A DNA stretch of 53,633 bases, from the NCBI GenBank assembly GCA_964611655.1, contig CAZTAY010000002.1, positions 1 to 53,633 of the forward strand, read 5' to 3'. Under the pieces are notes generated by a model that worked only from the letters and a program-made list of their open reading frames with translations, searched no databases and was not told the DNA's origin. This document shows, piece by piece, positions 21,842 to 31,465 of the stretch. This DNA is from an uncultured Eubacteriales bacterium (GTDB taxonomy: Bacteria > Bacillota > Clostridia > Lachnospirales > CAZTAY01). The position numbers and the translations under genes are program-made. The first letter of the stretch is position 1. Each line of letters starts with the position of its first letter.

Positions 21842-24800
21842 ATGCAGCAAGATATATTAATTACGGCAAGCTTAGATATGAATGCTTTTGAACAGGCAAT
21901 TAGCCAAATAACAGATACACTAAACTCCGCAATGAGTTCTGCTATGGTGTCTGTTTCGTCTGATTCTGAAAGAATGACATTTTCCATTGGTAAGGCATTT
22001 AGCGGACTAGGCACAAGTTTAAAAGAAAGCGAAGCTCCTTTTAATAAATTTGAGTCAATGATAGCATCAACAGGGAATAGTTTTGTAGATGCATCAGACG
22101 GAACAAAAGAGCTTGGTGGTCAGATGCAAGAGCTTAATTCAGCCCTTAATCCTCTAAGTGCCACCTTTGCAGGTCTTTTATTGACATTTGGAATGATTTC
22201 AAAAGCAAACGAAACGTTGAAAAATGAAATGTCCGGTGCATGGGACAGTATAAAAAGAAGTATAGAGAACGTGGCTTTGTCTATAAAACCAGACTCATTT
22301 AACCAAGAAATAAATATCACGGCAAAGCTTGATGTTGGAGAACTAGAACAATCTATTGTTAGTTTATCGGATACAATAAAACAGTCCATGTCAGAAAGTC
22401 AAGAGGTTGTTGCAAAAGATTCTGAGAATATGAAAGGCTCGTTAACTACAATGGCAACAAATATATTGGATGTGCCAGGCAAAATTCTTTCATTTATGGA
22501 TCAAATGGGTGAAGTAGGTGGAACAATTAGCAATTATGGTGATAATTTTATTGCTTTAGGCGATAAAATGGGCAAATTAGGGGGTCCTTTTAGCTTTCTT
22601 GGAACTATGGCTAAAGGTGCAGGAGAGGCGTTTACTGGTTTATCAGGAGGAGCATCCGGTCTCGGAGGTGCATTTTCAAGTCTTGCAACCCTTATAAATC
22701 CTGTTACATTAATTGTTGGTACTCTGGCAGTAGCTTTTGTTCATCTTTGGGAATCAAATGAGGAGTTTAGAGAAAATATTATACAGTCTTGGAATAATAT
22801 CAAGGAAGGAATCCAAAAAATTGTTACGGCAATAAGCGAAAGTCCTGCTTTTAAAGCATTTGTTGATTACATAATGAAAGTTTGGGAACCCATAGAAAGC
22901 TTTGCTAAGGTTCTGTTTGAAAATATTTTTAAGGTTGTAGAGGAGTGTGTAAACCTGGTATTGTCTTTGGTTGAAGGCGATTGGCAAGGGGTTTGGGATT
23001 CATTCTGCAACATTTTAGGCGGAATAGGCGAAATAATAGAAGCTGGCTTAAATGGGGCGATAGATTTAATTCTAGGAATCTTTGGCTTATCCAGAGACAG
23101 CATTTTTGAAATATGGAACGGAATAGTAACATTTTTCAGTGATATATGGGGAAATATAGTCACCATGGCCGGAGAAATCTGGGGAGGTATAGTAAGCTTC
23201 TTTGGTGGGCTGTGGGATGGAATAAGTACTGCTATATCAGAAGCATGGGCAGCCATAACAAGCTTTTTCAGTGAAATGTGGGGAGGAATAGTAGCCAGTG
23301 CCGGAGAAATCTGGGGAGGCATATTAGACTTTTTTGGAGGACTGTGGGATGGAATAAGCACAGCCGCAACAGAAGCATGGGCAACCATAACAAGCTTTTT
23401 CAGTGAAATGTGGGGAGGAATAATAGCAAGTGCAGAAGAAATCTGGGGAGGAATATTAGACTTCTTTGGAGGATTGTGGGATGGAATAAGCACAGCCGCA
23501 ACAGAAGCATGGACAACCATAACAAACTTCTTTAGTGGAATGTGGGGAGGAATTAGCAAAAGTGCAGAGGAGATATGGGGAGCTATTGCAAGTTTTTTCA
23601 CCGGCTTATGGGAAGGTATAAAAACAAAAGCATCAGAAATCTGGGGTAGTATATCAGGTTTTTTCACAGGGATATTTGATGGAATTAGTAGAAGTGCAAC
23701 TGAAATATGGGGCAAGATATCATCCTTCTTAAGTGGCTTGTGGGGTGGAATAAGCACAAAGGCAACTGAAATTTGGAATGGTATTAAAGAAAGCATTGAA
23801 GGTATTGTAACTAATCTAGTGAATGGGGTTATTGGTTTTTTTCAAACACTTCCAGGAGAAATTATAAAAATAGGCGGTCAAATAATTTCCGGATTATGGG
23901 AGGGGATTTCAGCTTCTATAGGCTGGTTGATGGATCAAATCAATGGGTTCTTGAACACAGTGAAAGAAATATTCTCATTCAGCTTTGAAATTAATTCTCC
24001 TTCTAAATGGGCAAGGCGAATTGGAGCTTTTGTAACAGAGGGTCTTGCAAACGGTTTAGAAGAAGAAAAAAGCTCGGTTTTAGGAGCAGCAAATGGAATT
24101 GCTGATGAAGCCCAAAGTGCATTGTTAAGATTAAAAGATATGGATTATTCTGTTGGTGATATAGAACAGCCTAGCTTAAGCGGTGGAATCAATCTTGAGG
24201 CAGAAGCTTATACACAGGAAGAGTCTCGTAGGATGAGAGAAGAGCATTACATTAAGCTTTTGGAGATGCAAGATGACTACCAAGAAGAGGTATCTGCTAA
24301 AGATGAAAAGCACATCAATAAGCTTTTAGTAAATCTAAATGAGTATCTAATGGCTGGCTTGGAGTTAAAAGCTCAAGCTTCCGCAGAAGAGTATAATCTT
24401 ATTGAGGAAACTAACGAAAGAATTTTATTTATGCTTACGGCTTATTCTAGTAGATGGTTAGATGTTGGTGTATTGTTAATGAATAAATTACTGGAAGGGC
24501 TAAGGAGCAGGATGTCAGATGTTGAGACATTAATAAGCCAGCTTAGGAGAAAACTGGACACTCTTTCTAGCCTGCAAATGAGTGCAAGTGTTCCTATGTA
24601 TGGAGAAGGGGGAATTGTTACATCTCCGCATCTTGCAATAGTAGGGGATGTACCTGAAGCAATAATTCCATTAAATCAGCTAAAAAATATTAGTGAATTA
24701 GTCTCTAGCACACCTTCCTACTCAATTCCAACAGTAAACCAGATAAGCGATAATAGGAAGGAAGTTACTGTTAATCAGTATAATACCATAAATCAACCAT

Positions 24801-24868
24801 GTAAAAGCCCTGCTGAATTAGCAAGAGAAATTAGGCATGTTGCAAAGGAATTGGCGTTCCAAGTTTAA
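21842..24868 (+). CDS. Phage tail tape measure protein
   Basis: HLWESNEEFRENI, Trp-periodic 11-residue repeats, INSPSK...G....GLANG, C-terminal GGIVTSPHLAIVGDVPEAIIPL; RBS AAAGGAGG. Confidence 0.92.
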   Translation: MQQDILITASLDMNAFEQAISQITDTLNSAMSSAMVSVSSDSERMTFSIGKAFSGLGTSLKESEAPFNKFESMIASTGNSFVDASDGTKELGGQMQELNSALNPLSATFAGLLLTFGMISKANETLKNEMSGAWDSIKRSIENVALSIKPDSFNQEINITAKLDVGELEQSIVSLSDTIKQSMSESQEVVAKDSENMKGSLTTMATNILDVPGKILSFMDQMGEVGGTISNYGDNFIALGDKMGKLGGPFSFLGTMAKGAGEAFTGLSGGASGLGGAFSSLATLINPVTLIVGTLAVAFVHLWESNEEFRENIIQSWNNIKEGIQKIVTAISESPAFKAFVDYIMKVWEPIESFAKVLFENIFKVVEECVNLVLSLVEGDWQGVWDSFCNILGGIGEIIEAGLNGAIDLILGIFGLSRDSIFEIWNGIVTFFSDIWGNIVTMAGEIWGGIVSFFGGLWDGISTAISEAWAAITSFFSEMWGGIVASAGEIWGGILDFFGGLWDGISTAATEAWATITSFFSEMWGGIIASAEEIWGGILDFFGGLWDGISTAATEAWTTITNFFSGMWGGISKSAEEIWGAIASFFTGLWEGIKTKASEIWGSISGFFTGIFDGISRSATEIWGKISSFLSGLWGGISTKATEIWNGIKESIEGIVTNLVNGVIGFFQTLPGEIIKIGGQIISGLWEGISASIGWLMDQINGFLNTVKEIFSFSFEINSPSKWARRIGAFVTEGLANGLEEEKSSVLGAANGIADEAQSALLRLKDMDYSVGDIEQPSLSGGINLEAEAYTQEESRRMREEHYIKLLEMQDDYQEEVSAKDEKHINKLLVNLNEYLMAGLELKAQASAEEYNLIEETNERILFMLTAYSSRWLDVGVLLMNKLLEGLRSRMSDVETLISQLRRKLDTLSSLQMSASVPMYGEGGIVTSPHLAIVGDVPEAIIPLNQLKNISELVSSTPSYSIPTVNQISDNRKEVTVNQYNTINQPCKSPAELAREIRHVAKELAFQV
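23171..23566 (+). repeat. Three near-identical 132-bp (44-aa) repeats within the tape measure gene
   Basis: Unit starts at 23171, 23303 and 23435; a degenerate fourth starts at 23567. Confidence 0.92.
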
Positions 24869-24906
24869 CAGATTTAATTTAATCTTGAGGGGGTTATAGG
24901 ATAGGA

Positions 24907-25977
24907 GTGAATACTGCAATGGTTCATGAAGATATTGAGATTATCGTTATAGATAAAAACTTTAAAAGGATAAAGGCTATTAAAAGTTTTAGTTCTTTGC
25001 AATGGAGGGAAAGATATTTTGGTTGCGGAGAATTTGAACTACATTGTGATAAACGTTTTTTAGAACCTCTTTTTGAAGGCGAATATATATTCAGAAAAAA
25101 TAAAAACTATATGGGGATTATAGAATATCGTTTGTTCGACAATATAGAAAATAAAGTGGTTGTTAAAGGAAGATTTTTAGAGTCAATTCTTGAGGATAGA
25201 ATTCTTAGAAGTCAGGAAACATACTCTGGAAAGGCCGAGGATATTTGCAGAAGCCTTGTAAATGACTTCTGTATTAATTCTAATCCTATTGCTAATCTGG
25301 TTTTAGGCAATTACAACGGTTTAGGCTCTGAGATGCAAATACAAAATTACGGAAGAAACATTTATGAAGTAATAACGGATATACTAAATCAGCAAGAGCT
25401 ATCCTTTCGCATAAAATATGACCTAACTTCAAAGAATTTAGCTTTTGAAGTCTTTCAAGGTTTGGATAGAACGAAAAATCAACACCAAAACGGTTGGTGC
25501 GTTTTTTCTTCATCTTTTTTCAATCTTTTAGACGAAAAATACGAAAGTTCAAACTATATTAAAAATTTTGCATATGTTATTGGTAAGGATAAAAATGACA
25601 GAGATTATGTAGTTTCCGTTGATAACTCAAATGGCGATAAGATAAGGGAAATTCAAATAGACGCTGGTGATATAAAATGGAACAGCAATCTTTCGGAAGC
25701 ACAATTCGCTAAATGTTTGCATGACAGAGGATTGGAGAAGCTGGCTGAATATAATATTGCTGAGACGGTCGAATGTGATATTGACGTATATAAAACCTCA
25801 AAATTTGAATTAGGTGACAAATGCACATACGTTCAAAAAGAAATTGATTTAATAGCAGAGGGCAGGGTAACTGAGATACTTGAGGTGATTGAAGCTAATG
25901 GTGTTAAAACAAGGGTTACCCTTGGGAAAGAACAGTTAAGTGTAGTACAAAAGATGAAAAGAGGTTCAATGGTATAG
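24907..25977 (+). CDS. Siphovirus Gp37-like (ReqiPepy6 type) tail-tip hub protein
   Basis: FSSLQWRERYFGCGEFELH, VKGRFLESILEDR, FEVFQGLDRT, KNFAYVIG, RGLEKLAEY, FELGDKCT. Confidence 0.85.
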   Translation: MNTAMVHEDIEIIVIDKNFKRIKAIKSFSSLQWRERYFGCGEFELHCDKRFLEPLFEGEYIFRKNKNYMGIIEYRLFDNIENKVVVKGRFLESILEDRILRSQETYSGKAEDICRSLVNDFCINSNPIANLVLGNYNGLGSEMQIQNYGRNIYEVITDILNQQELSFRIKYDLTSKNLAFEVFQGLDRTKNQHQNGWCVFSSSFFNLLDEKYESSNYIKNFAYVIGKDKNDRDYVVSVDNSNGDKIREIQIDAGDIKWNSNLSEAQFAKCLHDRGLEKLAEYNIAETVECDIDVYKTSKFELGDKCTYVQKEIDLIAEGRVTEILEVIEANGVKTRVTLGKEQLSVVQKMKRGSMV

Positions 25978-26253
25978 TGATTTAATGTCTACTACTAACT
26001 TGAAAACCGCTAAACACAATAAAATAAGCTTATCTACAACCTGCTACTTGTGTCGTGATAACTATAATTTGTAACAATTTTCTGGTTGTGGGTGGTTAAA
26101 TATTAATTGTTTTACAATAATAAGTTAAGTTGGTAATCTGTTATTGTAAAGTATACTAAAGATTTTAGGTTAAGAAATTTAAAATGTTTTAAAATTTTGT
26201 TGAAAACTGCCAAAAGCGAGGTGCCTTGGCTAAGGTGAAAAGGAGGTTTTAAC

Positions 26254-27696
26254 ATGCTTATGTTCCCAAGTGCGAGGCGTGTAGACGGTGAAGAACAACC
26301 TTTTATACCCATTCCGTTTGCAAAGTCCTTTAAAATGCGTTTCCCATTGATTCATTGGGAAATAGAAGTACCTGAACTGATACAGGCTGCGGTTGTGTTT
26401 GTAACCGGTGTATCTGCAACTGCATATTTGCAGGATATTTTTGGATTACCCTTTGCAGTTGCTCTTTCAATTGTAATTGTCCATGAATGTCTGTATTGCT
26501 TGCACCAATTGTTTGGAGATGTTTTAATAGGTGGTTGGATTACACCTGCTGTACCTTTGATTACCACATTTTTATTAACTTTTGAAGGTAATGATCGAAT
26601 CTACGCACTTATATCTATGGGATTTCTGTTGTCAATAATATTCTTTGTTCTTGGAATAACAGGACTTGCCGGGAAGCTGGTAAAGGTTACGCCAAACTCC
26701 ATAAAAGCAGGCATATTAATTGGGGCAGGCGTAAGCGCTGTTATTGGGCGTTACGGTTTTGCATCAGCAGCTGCTAACGGCGTTGGATTTGCAAAGATGC
26801 CTATAGCTTTTTCCTTTGGTGTATTAATTTCACTGTTCCTTCTTTTCTCAAAAGGTTTCAGAGAAATGAAAGAGGATGGCAATAAAGGAATTGTTAGCTT
26901 GCTGGCAAAAGCAGGCTTTGTGCCGGCTCTCGTTGTCGCATACATAATTGGAGTATTTGCCGGAGAGCTGGCAATACCTTCGATTTCTTTAAGTGAAGGA
27001 ATAATATTTAATCCAATTCCGGGGCTGGCATGGGTAAATCAAAACTTTAGTATGCTTGGTATTGGATTCCCTCCAATGGAAATTTTAATTCAAACAATTC
27101 CAATGGCTATTGTTACATATATCATAGCATTTGGAGATATCATTGCAGGGGAACAGCTTCTTAATGAGGCTGCAGTAATTCGTACTGATGAAAAAATACA
27201 GATTGACACAAATAAAACAAATATCTTAACTGGTATCCGTAACTTAATAGAAAGTCTTTTCTCTCCAACGGTTACAATGTCAGGTCCTTTATGGTCGGCA
27301 ATGACTGTTACGGTTGTGGAAAGGTACAAAGGCAGTAAATCAATGTATTCGATTATCGGAGGCGCAGGAACATTCAACCTTTTTAAAGCAATCTTTTGTT
27401 TTGTTATTCCTCTGGTAGCGTTAGTACAGCCAATTCTACCGCTTTCAATGTCACTGACCCTTATGATTCAGTCATTTGCATGTTTTTATATTGCATTTGG
27501 TATGCTTAAAACATCAGAAGAACGTGGTGTTGCAGGGGTTGTAGGCGGAATACTTGCAATAGCAGGACCTGCTGTTGGCCTTACTGCAGGAGTTGCAGTT
27601 GCAGTTGTTTGTCAGGTGCTTGGGGCAAAAAAAGTGAAACCTGAAGTTAAAATTAACGTTGAGAAGGATGAAATACTTGAAACTGAAAAAGAATAA
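26254..27696 (+). CDS. Uncharacterised polytopic permease (DUF3360-like), paralog B
   Basis: Colinear with paralog A (LFGDVLIGGWITPAVPL, GPLWSAMTVTVVERYKGS); RBS AAAGGAGG. Confidence 0.85.
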   Translation: MLMFPSARRVDGEEQPFIPIPFAKSFKMRFPLIHWEIEVPELIQAAVVFVTGVSATAYLQDIFGLPFAVALSIVIVHECLYCLHQLFGDVLIGGWITPAVPLITTFLLTFEGNDRIYALISMGFLLSIIFFVLGITGLAGKLVKVTPNSIKAGILIGAGVSAVIGRYGFASAAANGVGFAKMPIAFSFGVLISLFLLFSKGFREMKEDGNKGIVSLLAKAGFVPALVVAYIIGVFAGELAIPSISLSEGIIFNPIPGLAWVNQNFSMLGIGFPPMEILIQTIPMAIVTYIIAFGDIIAGEQLLNEAAVIRTDEKIQIDTNKTNILTGIRNLIESLFSPTVTMSGPLWSAMTVTVVERYKGSKSMYSIIGGAGTFNLFKAIFCFVIPLVALVQPILPLSMSLTLMIQSFACFYIAFGMLKTSEERGVAGVVGGILAIAGPAVGLTAGVAVAVVCQVLGAKKVKPEVKINVEKDEILETEKE

Positions 27697-27722
27697 CTAA
27701 TTTCTCTTTAGTAATCAAAAAC

Positions 27723-27756
27723 AAACACCTCCAATGTTCTGATTTGGAGGTGTTTT
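27723..27756 (+). terminator. Intrinsic terminator
   Basis: aaacacctccaa / ttggaggtgttt followed by T. Confidence 0.8.
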
Positions 27757-27962
27757 ATATGGAAACGATAGGTAGTAATCATTGTTTTGAAAGTACTAAA
27801 GGAGTTAGGCAAGAGGTACAGAAAGGATTATTACAAAGTAAAACAATTGTAAGAATGACGGATATGCTTAAACCCTAAATGAGTTAATTATTTTAGGAAA
27901 TCATTTAGGCATAAGCTAATAATCTGACTTCAAAATACTAAAGAATATATGGAGGTAATAAT

Positions 27963-28736
27963 ATGATTTTTAATTGTAAATGCGAGGATAAAACCGAAGG
28001 TATGAATGGTTTTCTTAATGGAGAAACAAACCAGTTTCAAATAACACAGGCAGTAATTTGTTGCTGTAATGACAAAAGTGATAGTGAAGAAAAAGATAAT
28101 AATGAAGATAGTAATAATGACAATGTAGAATGCACTTATTCAGTGGATGTAACTGTTGGAATAGGTGGAGATTTTGAAACACTGCAACAGATGTATGACT
28201 GGAGTAACACAATATCAAGCTTTGTGATAAAGGTTACTTTAGTTAGTGATTTAATTAATAATACAGGACATGTTTTAATTGTTGGAAATGGAAAACGTTA
28301 CACAATAAATGGAAATGGGTATACTATCACTCAAAATGCATCTGATGCAAAATATGTGATTGTAGTAACTAATAACTCCTATCTGGAAATTGAGAGTATC
28401 ACTTTAGAAAATTTTTCAAAAGATACTGATGCTAGTTGTCTGGTTGTATCATCAATCTCTACTTGTAGGCTTATAAATAATAATTTTCCAATAACATTTA
28501 TTAATAATAATCAAGTAAGTTCTTATGCTGTGTTGTGTCAAAGAAATTCAAGACTTTTATTTGCAAAACAGGGAAATATAAATATACATAATAGCAAAAT
28601 TGGTATTTACGCATTATATAATTCAACTATAACAATGCCGGCAGGTGGTGCAGTTAATTTCAACAATGTAACTACACAATTTAGTCCTGCGAAAAATACT
28701 TTAAGTAATGGTGGTAGTTTTATTAATGTTCTATAA
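27963..28736 (+). CDS. Cys-rich N-terminus plus putative right-handed beta-helix (tail-fibre-tip-like), copy 1
   Basis: CKC...ICCC, acidic linker, VTVGIGGDFETLQQ, Asn/Ile-rich beta repeats, ends PAKNTLSNGGSFI. Confidence 0.8.
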   Translation: MIFNCKCEDKTEGMNGFLNGETNQFQITQAVICCCNDKSDSEEKDNNEDSNNDNVECTYSVDVTVGIGGDFETLQQMYDWSNTISSFVIKVTLVSDLINNTGHVLIVGNGKRYTINGNGYTITQNASDAKYVIVVTNNSYLEIESITLENFSKDTDASCLVVSSISTCRLINNNFPITFINNNQVSSYAVLCQRNSRLLFAKQGNINIHNSKIGIYALYNSTITMPAGGAVNFNNVTTQFSPAKNTLSNGGSFINVL

Positions 28737-28920
28737 TGGTTATGTTAGTAGATTAATTCTCTTTCCCTTGCTACAAAAGTAATCTAGTACACAGGACAAA
28801 CTAAAACTGTAAGAATATATGATTTGCTTATGACTTAATTAGCTTATTGAATTAGGAAATATTACATAGGAGAAAGTAAATAACAGGATTTGAAATACTA
28901 AAAAAATATGGAGGTTATAT

Positions 28921-29697
28921 ATGGATTTTAAATGTATATGCAACGATCAAAACGTAGATATGGAAGGTTGTTTTAATGGGGGAACAAACCAATTTCAAAT
29001 TTCAAAAGCAGTCATTTGTTGCTGTAATGATAAATATGATTTTGAAGATAAAGATGATAATGAAGAAAATAAAGATGATAATGAAAATAAAAAATGCACT
29101 TATTCAGTAGATGTAACAGTGGGGACTGGTGGAGATTTTGAAACATTGCAACAGATGTATGACTGGAGTAATACTATATCAAGTTATCAAATAACTGTTA
29201 CATTAGTAAGTGATTTAACAAATGATGTAGGAGTTGCCTTATATGTTAGTAATGGAAAACGTTACATTTTAAATGGAAATGGGCATACTATCACTCAGAA
29301 TGCATCTGACACAAATTACGCAATTGCGGTATATAATTACACCTATTTATCTTTAGAGAATATAACAATTAAGAATATGTCAAATATCACTAGCGCAATT
29401 TGTCTGTTCGTATCAACTAACGCTACTTGCCGGATTTTTAATGAGACATACCCTATAACATTTATAAATAACAATCAAACATATTCTATTGCTATAACTG
29501 GTCAAAGAAATGCAAACATTTTATTTGGCCATCTGGGAACTATAAATATGCTAAATTGCAAAACAGGTGTTTACGCAATATATAATTCAAGAATAACTAT
29601 GTCAACAGGTGGGACGATTAATTTCAACAATGTTACTACACAATATATTCCTGCTAAAAATACATTAAGCAGTGATGGAAGTTTTATTTATGCATAG
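28921..29697 (+). CDS. Cys-rich plus beta-helix protein, copy 2
   Basis: Paralog of copy 1; GDFETLQQMYDWSNTISS identical. Confidence 0.8.
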   Translation: MDFKCICNDQNVDMEGCFNGGTNQFQISKAVICCCNDKYDFEDKDDNEENKDDNENKKCTYSVDVTVGTGGDFETLQQMYDWSNTISSYQITVTLVSDLTNDVGVALYVSNGKRYILNGNGHTITQNASDTNYAIAVYNYTYLSLENITIKNMSNITSAICLFVSTNATCRIFNETYPITFINNNQTYSIAITGQRNANILFGHLGTINMLNCKTGVYAIYNSRITMSTGGTINFNNVTTQYIPAKNTLSSDGSFIYA

Positions 29698-29901
29698 TCT
29701 ACTACTATAATTGTTTGAAATGTAACAATGTAAGGAGTTAATTCTTTATTACTTGATTAAAAGTTTATGTACATATCAAAAAACAAACTACAATTGTAAG
29801 AATATCGATTTGCTTATATCTTCAGTTAGTTTATTAAAAAACATAGGCATAAGCAAATAAACCTGACTTCAAAAATACTAAAGAATATATGGAGGTAATA
29901 T

Positions 29902-30672
29902 ATGATTTTTAATTGTAAATGTGACGATAAAACCAAAGGTATTGACGGTTGTATAAATGGGGAAACAAACCAGTTTCAAATTGCAAAAGCAATAATTTGT
30001 TGCTCTAAAAATAAATGCCATAATAAAGCTGACAATGACAATGATAATGAAAATAACACATGCACTTGCACTTATTCAGTTGCTGTAACTGTTGGGACAG
30101 CTGGAGATTTTGAAACACTTCAACAGATGTATGACTGGAGTAATACTATATCAAGTTATGAAATAAAGGTTACTTTAGTTAGTGATTTAACAAATGATGA
30201 AGGACATGTTTTATTTGTAATGAATGGAAAACGTTACATATTAAATGGTAATGGTTATACTATCACTCAAAACGCTACTAATGTAAATTATGCGATAGTA
30301 GTATCTACTTACACCTATTTAGCTTTGGAGAATATAACAATTAAGAACTTATCAAACACAACAAGTACTATGTGTCTGTGGGTATCAACTAATTCTATTT
30401 GCAGGATTATGAATGAAAAATATCCAATAACATTTATTAATGGCAATCAGACAAATTCTACTGCAGTATTTTGTCACAAAAATGCAAATATATTATTTGA
30501 GCATCTTGGTACCACAAATATTCAAAATTCAAGTACCGGTGTGCTTTCATCGCTAAATTCAGCAATAACAATGTCATCAGGTGTGGCACCTAATTTCACC
30601 AATGTAACTACTCAATATACCCCTGCTAAAAATACATTAAGCAGTGATGGAAGTTTTATTTTCGCACCGTAA
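29902..30672 (+). CDS. Cys-rich plus beta-helix protein, copy 3
   Basis: Paralog of copies 1 and 2. Confidence 0.8.
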   Translation: MIFNCKCDDKTKGIDGCINGETNQFQIAKAIICCSKNKCHNKADNDNDNENNTCTCTYSVAVTVGTAGDFETLQQMYDWSNTISSYEIKVTLVSDLTNDEGHVLFVMNGKRYILNGNGYTITQNATNVNYAIVVSTYTYLALENITIKNLSNTTSTMCLWVSTNSICRIMNEKYPITFINGNQTNSTAVFCHKNANILFEHLGTTNIQNSSTGVLSSLNSAITMSSGVAPNFTNVTTQYTPAKNTLSSDGSFIFAP

Positions 30673-30742
30673 TGATCTTTGAGGATTGATGCTCTATCCT
30701 TAACGCTGATATTAATTTAAAAAAACAAGAACCTATTCACTC

Positions 30743-30782
30743 AAACACACCTCCGTTCGGATAATGGAGGTGTGTTTTTTTA
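30743..30782 (+). terminator. Intrinsic terminator closing the triplet
   Basis: aaacacacctcc / ggaggtgtgttt plus T tract. Confidence 0.8.
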
Positions 30783-30812
30783 ATTAAGTGTTTTTATAAA
30801 AACATACGTAAT

Positions 30813-31463
30813 ATGAAGTATAACAATAAACAAGGTTTGCAAACCTGTTTAACAGGGGTTGGTTTATTACAAAACATAATTCACTATATTCCCAAAGAAA
30901 AAAAGGTGGTGTTAAGCTTGCAAGATGATGTTTTAATAAAAAGACTTCTCGAAGGAGAACAAGAAGCATTTGCTTTTATGATTGACAAATACAGCAAACT
31001 GTTGTGGTTAGTGGTTGGGGGAGTTATAGGGAATATTGGAACAAAGGAAGATATTGAAGAGTGTATAAGTGATGTTTATGTTCAGGTTTGGAAAAACCCT
31101 AGGGCTTTTAACAATCAAAAAGGAACTCTAAAAACCTATTTAGCAATTATAGCAAAGAGTAAGGCTCTTGATAAATACAGGAAACTGTCTAAATTAAAGG
31201 TGATCGAGATTGATGAGGCTATTACTGCACCTGACGATGATTTGCTTGACTACATAGTTGAGAAAGAAAAGAGCAAGGCTCTTTATTCAGTATTAGAGAC
31301 ATTAAAAGAACCAGATAAAGAAATACTAATTCGCCGCTACTTTTTTGATGAAAAGCCGTCAAGAATTGCTGAAAAAATTTCGATTCCAGTTAAGGAAGTG
31401 GAAAACAGATTATATAAAAGCAAGCTAAAATTAAGAAAAATATTAAGTAGCAGGGAGGTTTAG
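30813..31463 (+). CDS. ECF sigma-70 factor (true start probably ~30907-30917)
   Basis: LIKRLLEGEQEAF, EDIEECISDVYVQVW, LKTYLAIIAKSKALD, region 4 IRRYFFDEKPSRIAEK. Confidence 0.9.
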   Translation: MKYNNKQGLQTCLTGVGLLQNIIHYIPKEKKVVLSLQDDVLIKRLLEGEQEAFAFMIDKYSKLLWLVVGGVIGNIGTKEDIEECISDVYVQVWKNPRAFNNQKGTLKTYLAIIAKSKALDKYRKLSKLKVIEIDEAITAPDDDLLDYIVEKEKSKALYSVLETLKEPDKEILIRRYFFDEKPSRIAEKISIPVKEVENRLYKSKLKLRKILSSREV

Positions 31464-31465
31464 AG

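Noticed and set aside
22867-23796. 309-aa antisense ORF with 44-aa repeats
   Set aside because: Shadow of the tape measure repeats; Trp/Gly-rich codons leave the opposite strand free of stops
27963-30672. Diversity-generating retroelement or invertase shufflon acting on the triplet
   Set aside because: No reverse transcriptase or recombinase, no template/variable repeat pair with A-only differences, and all copies are complete and co-oriented
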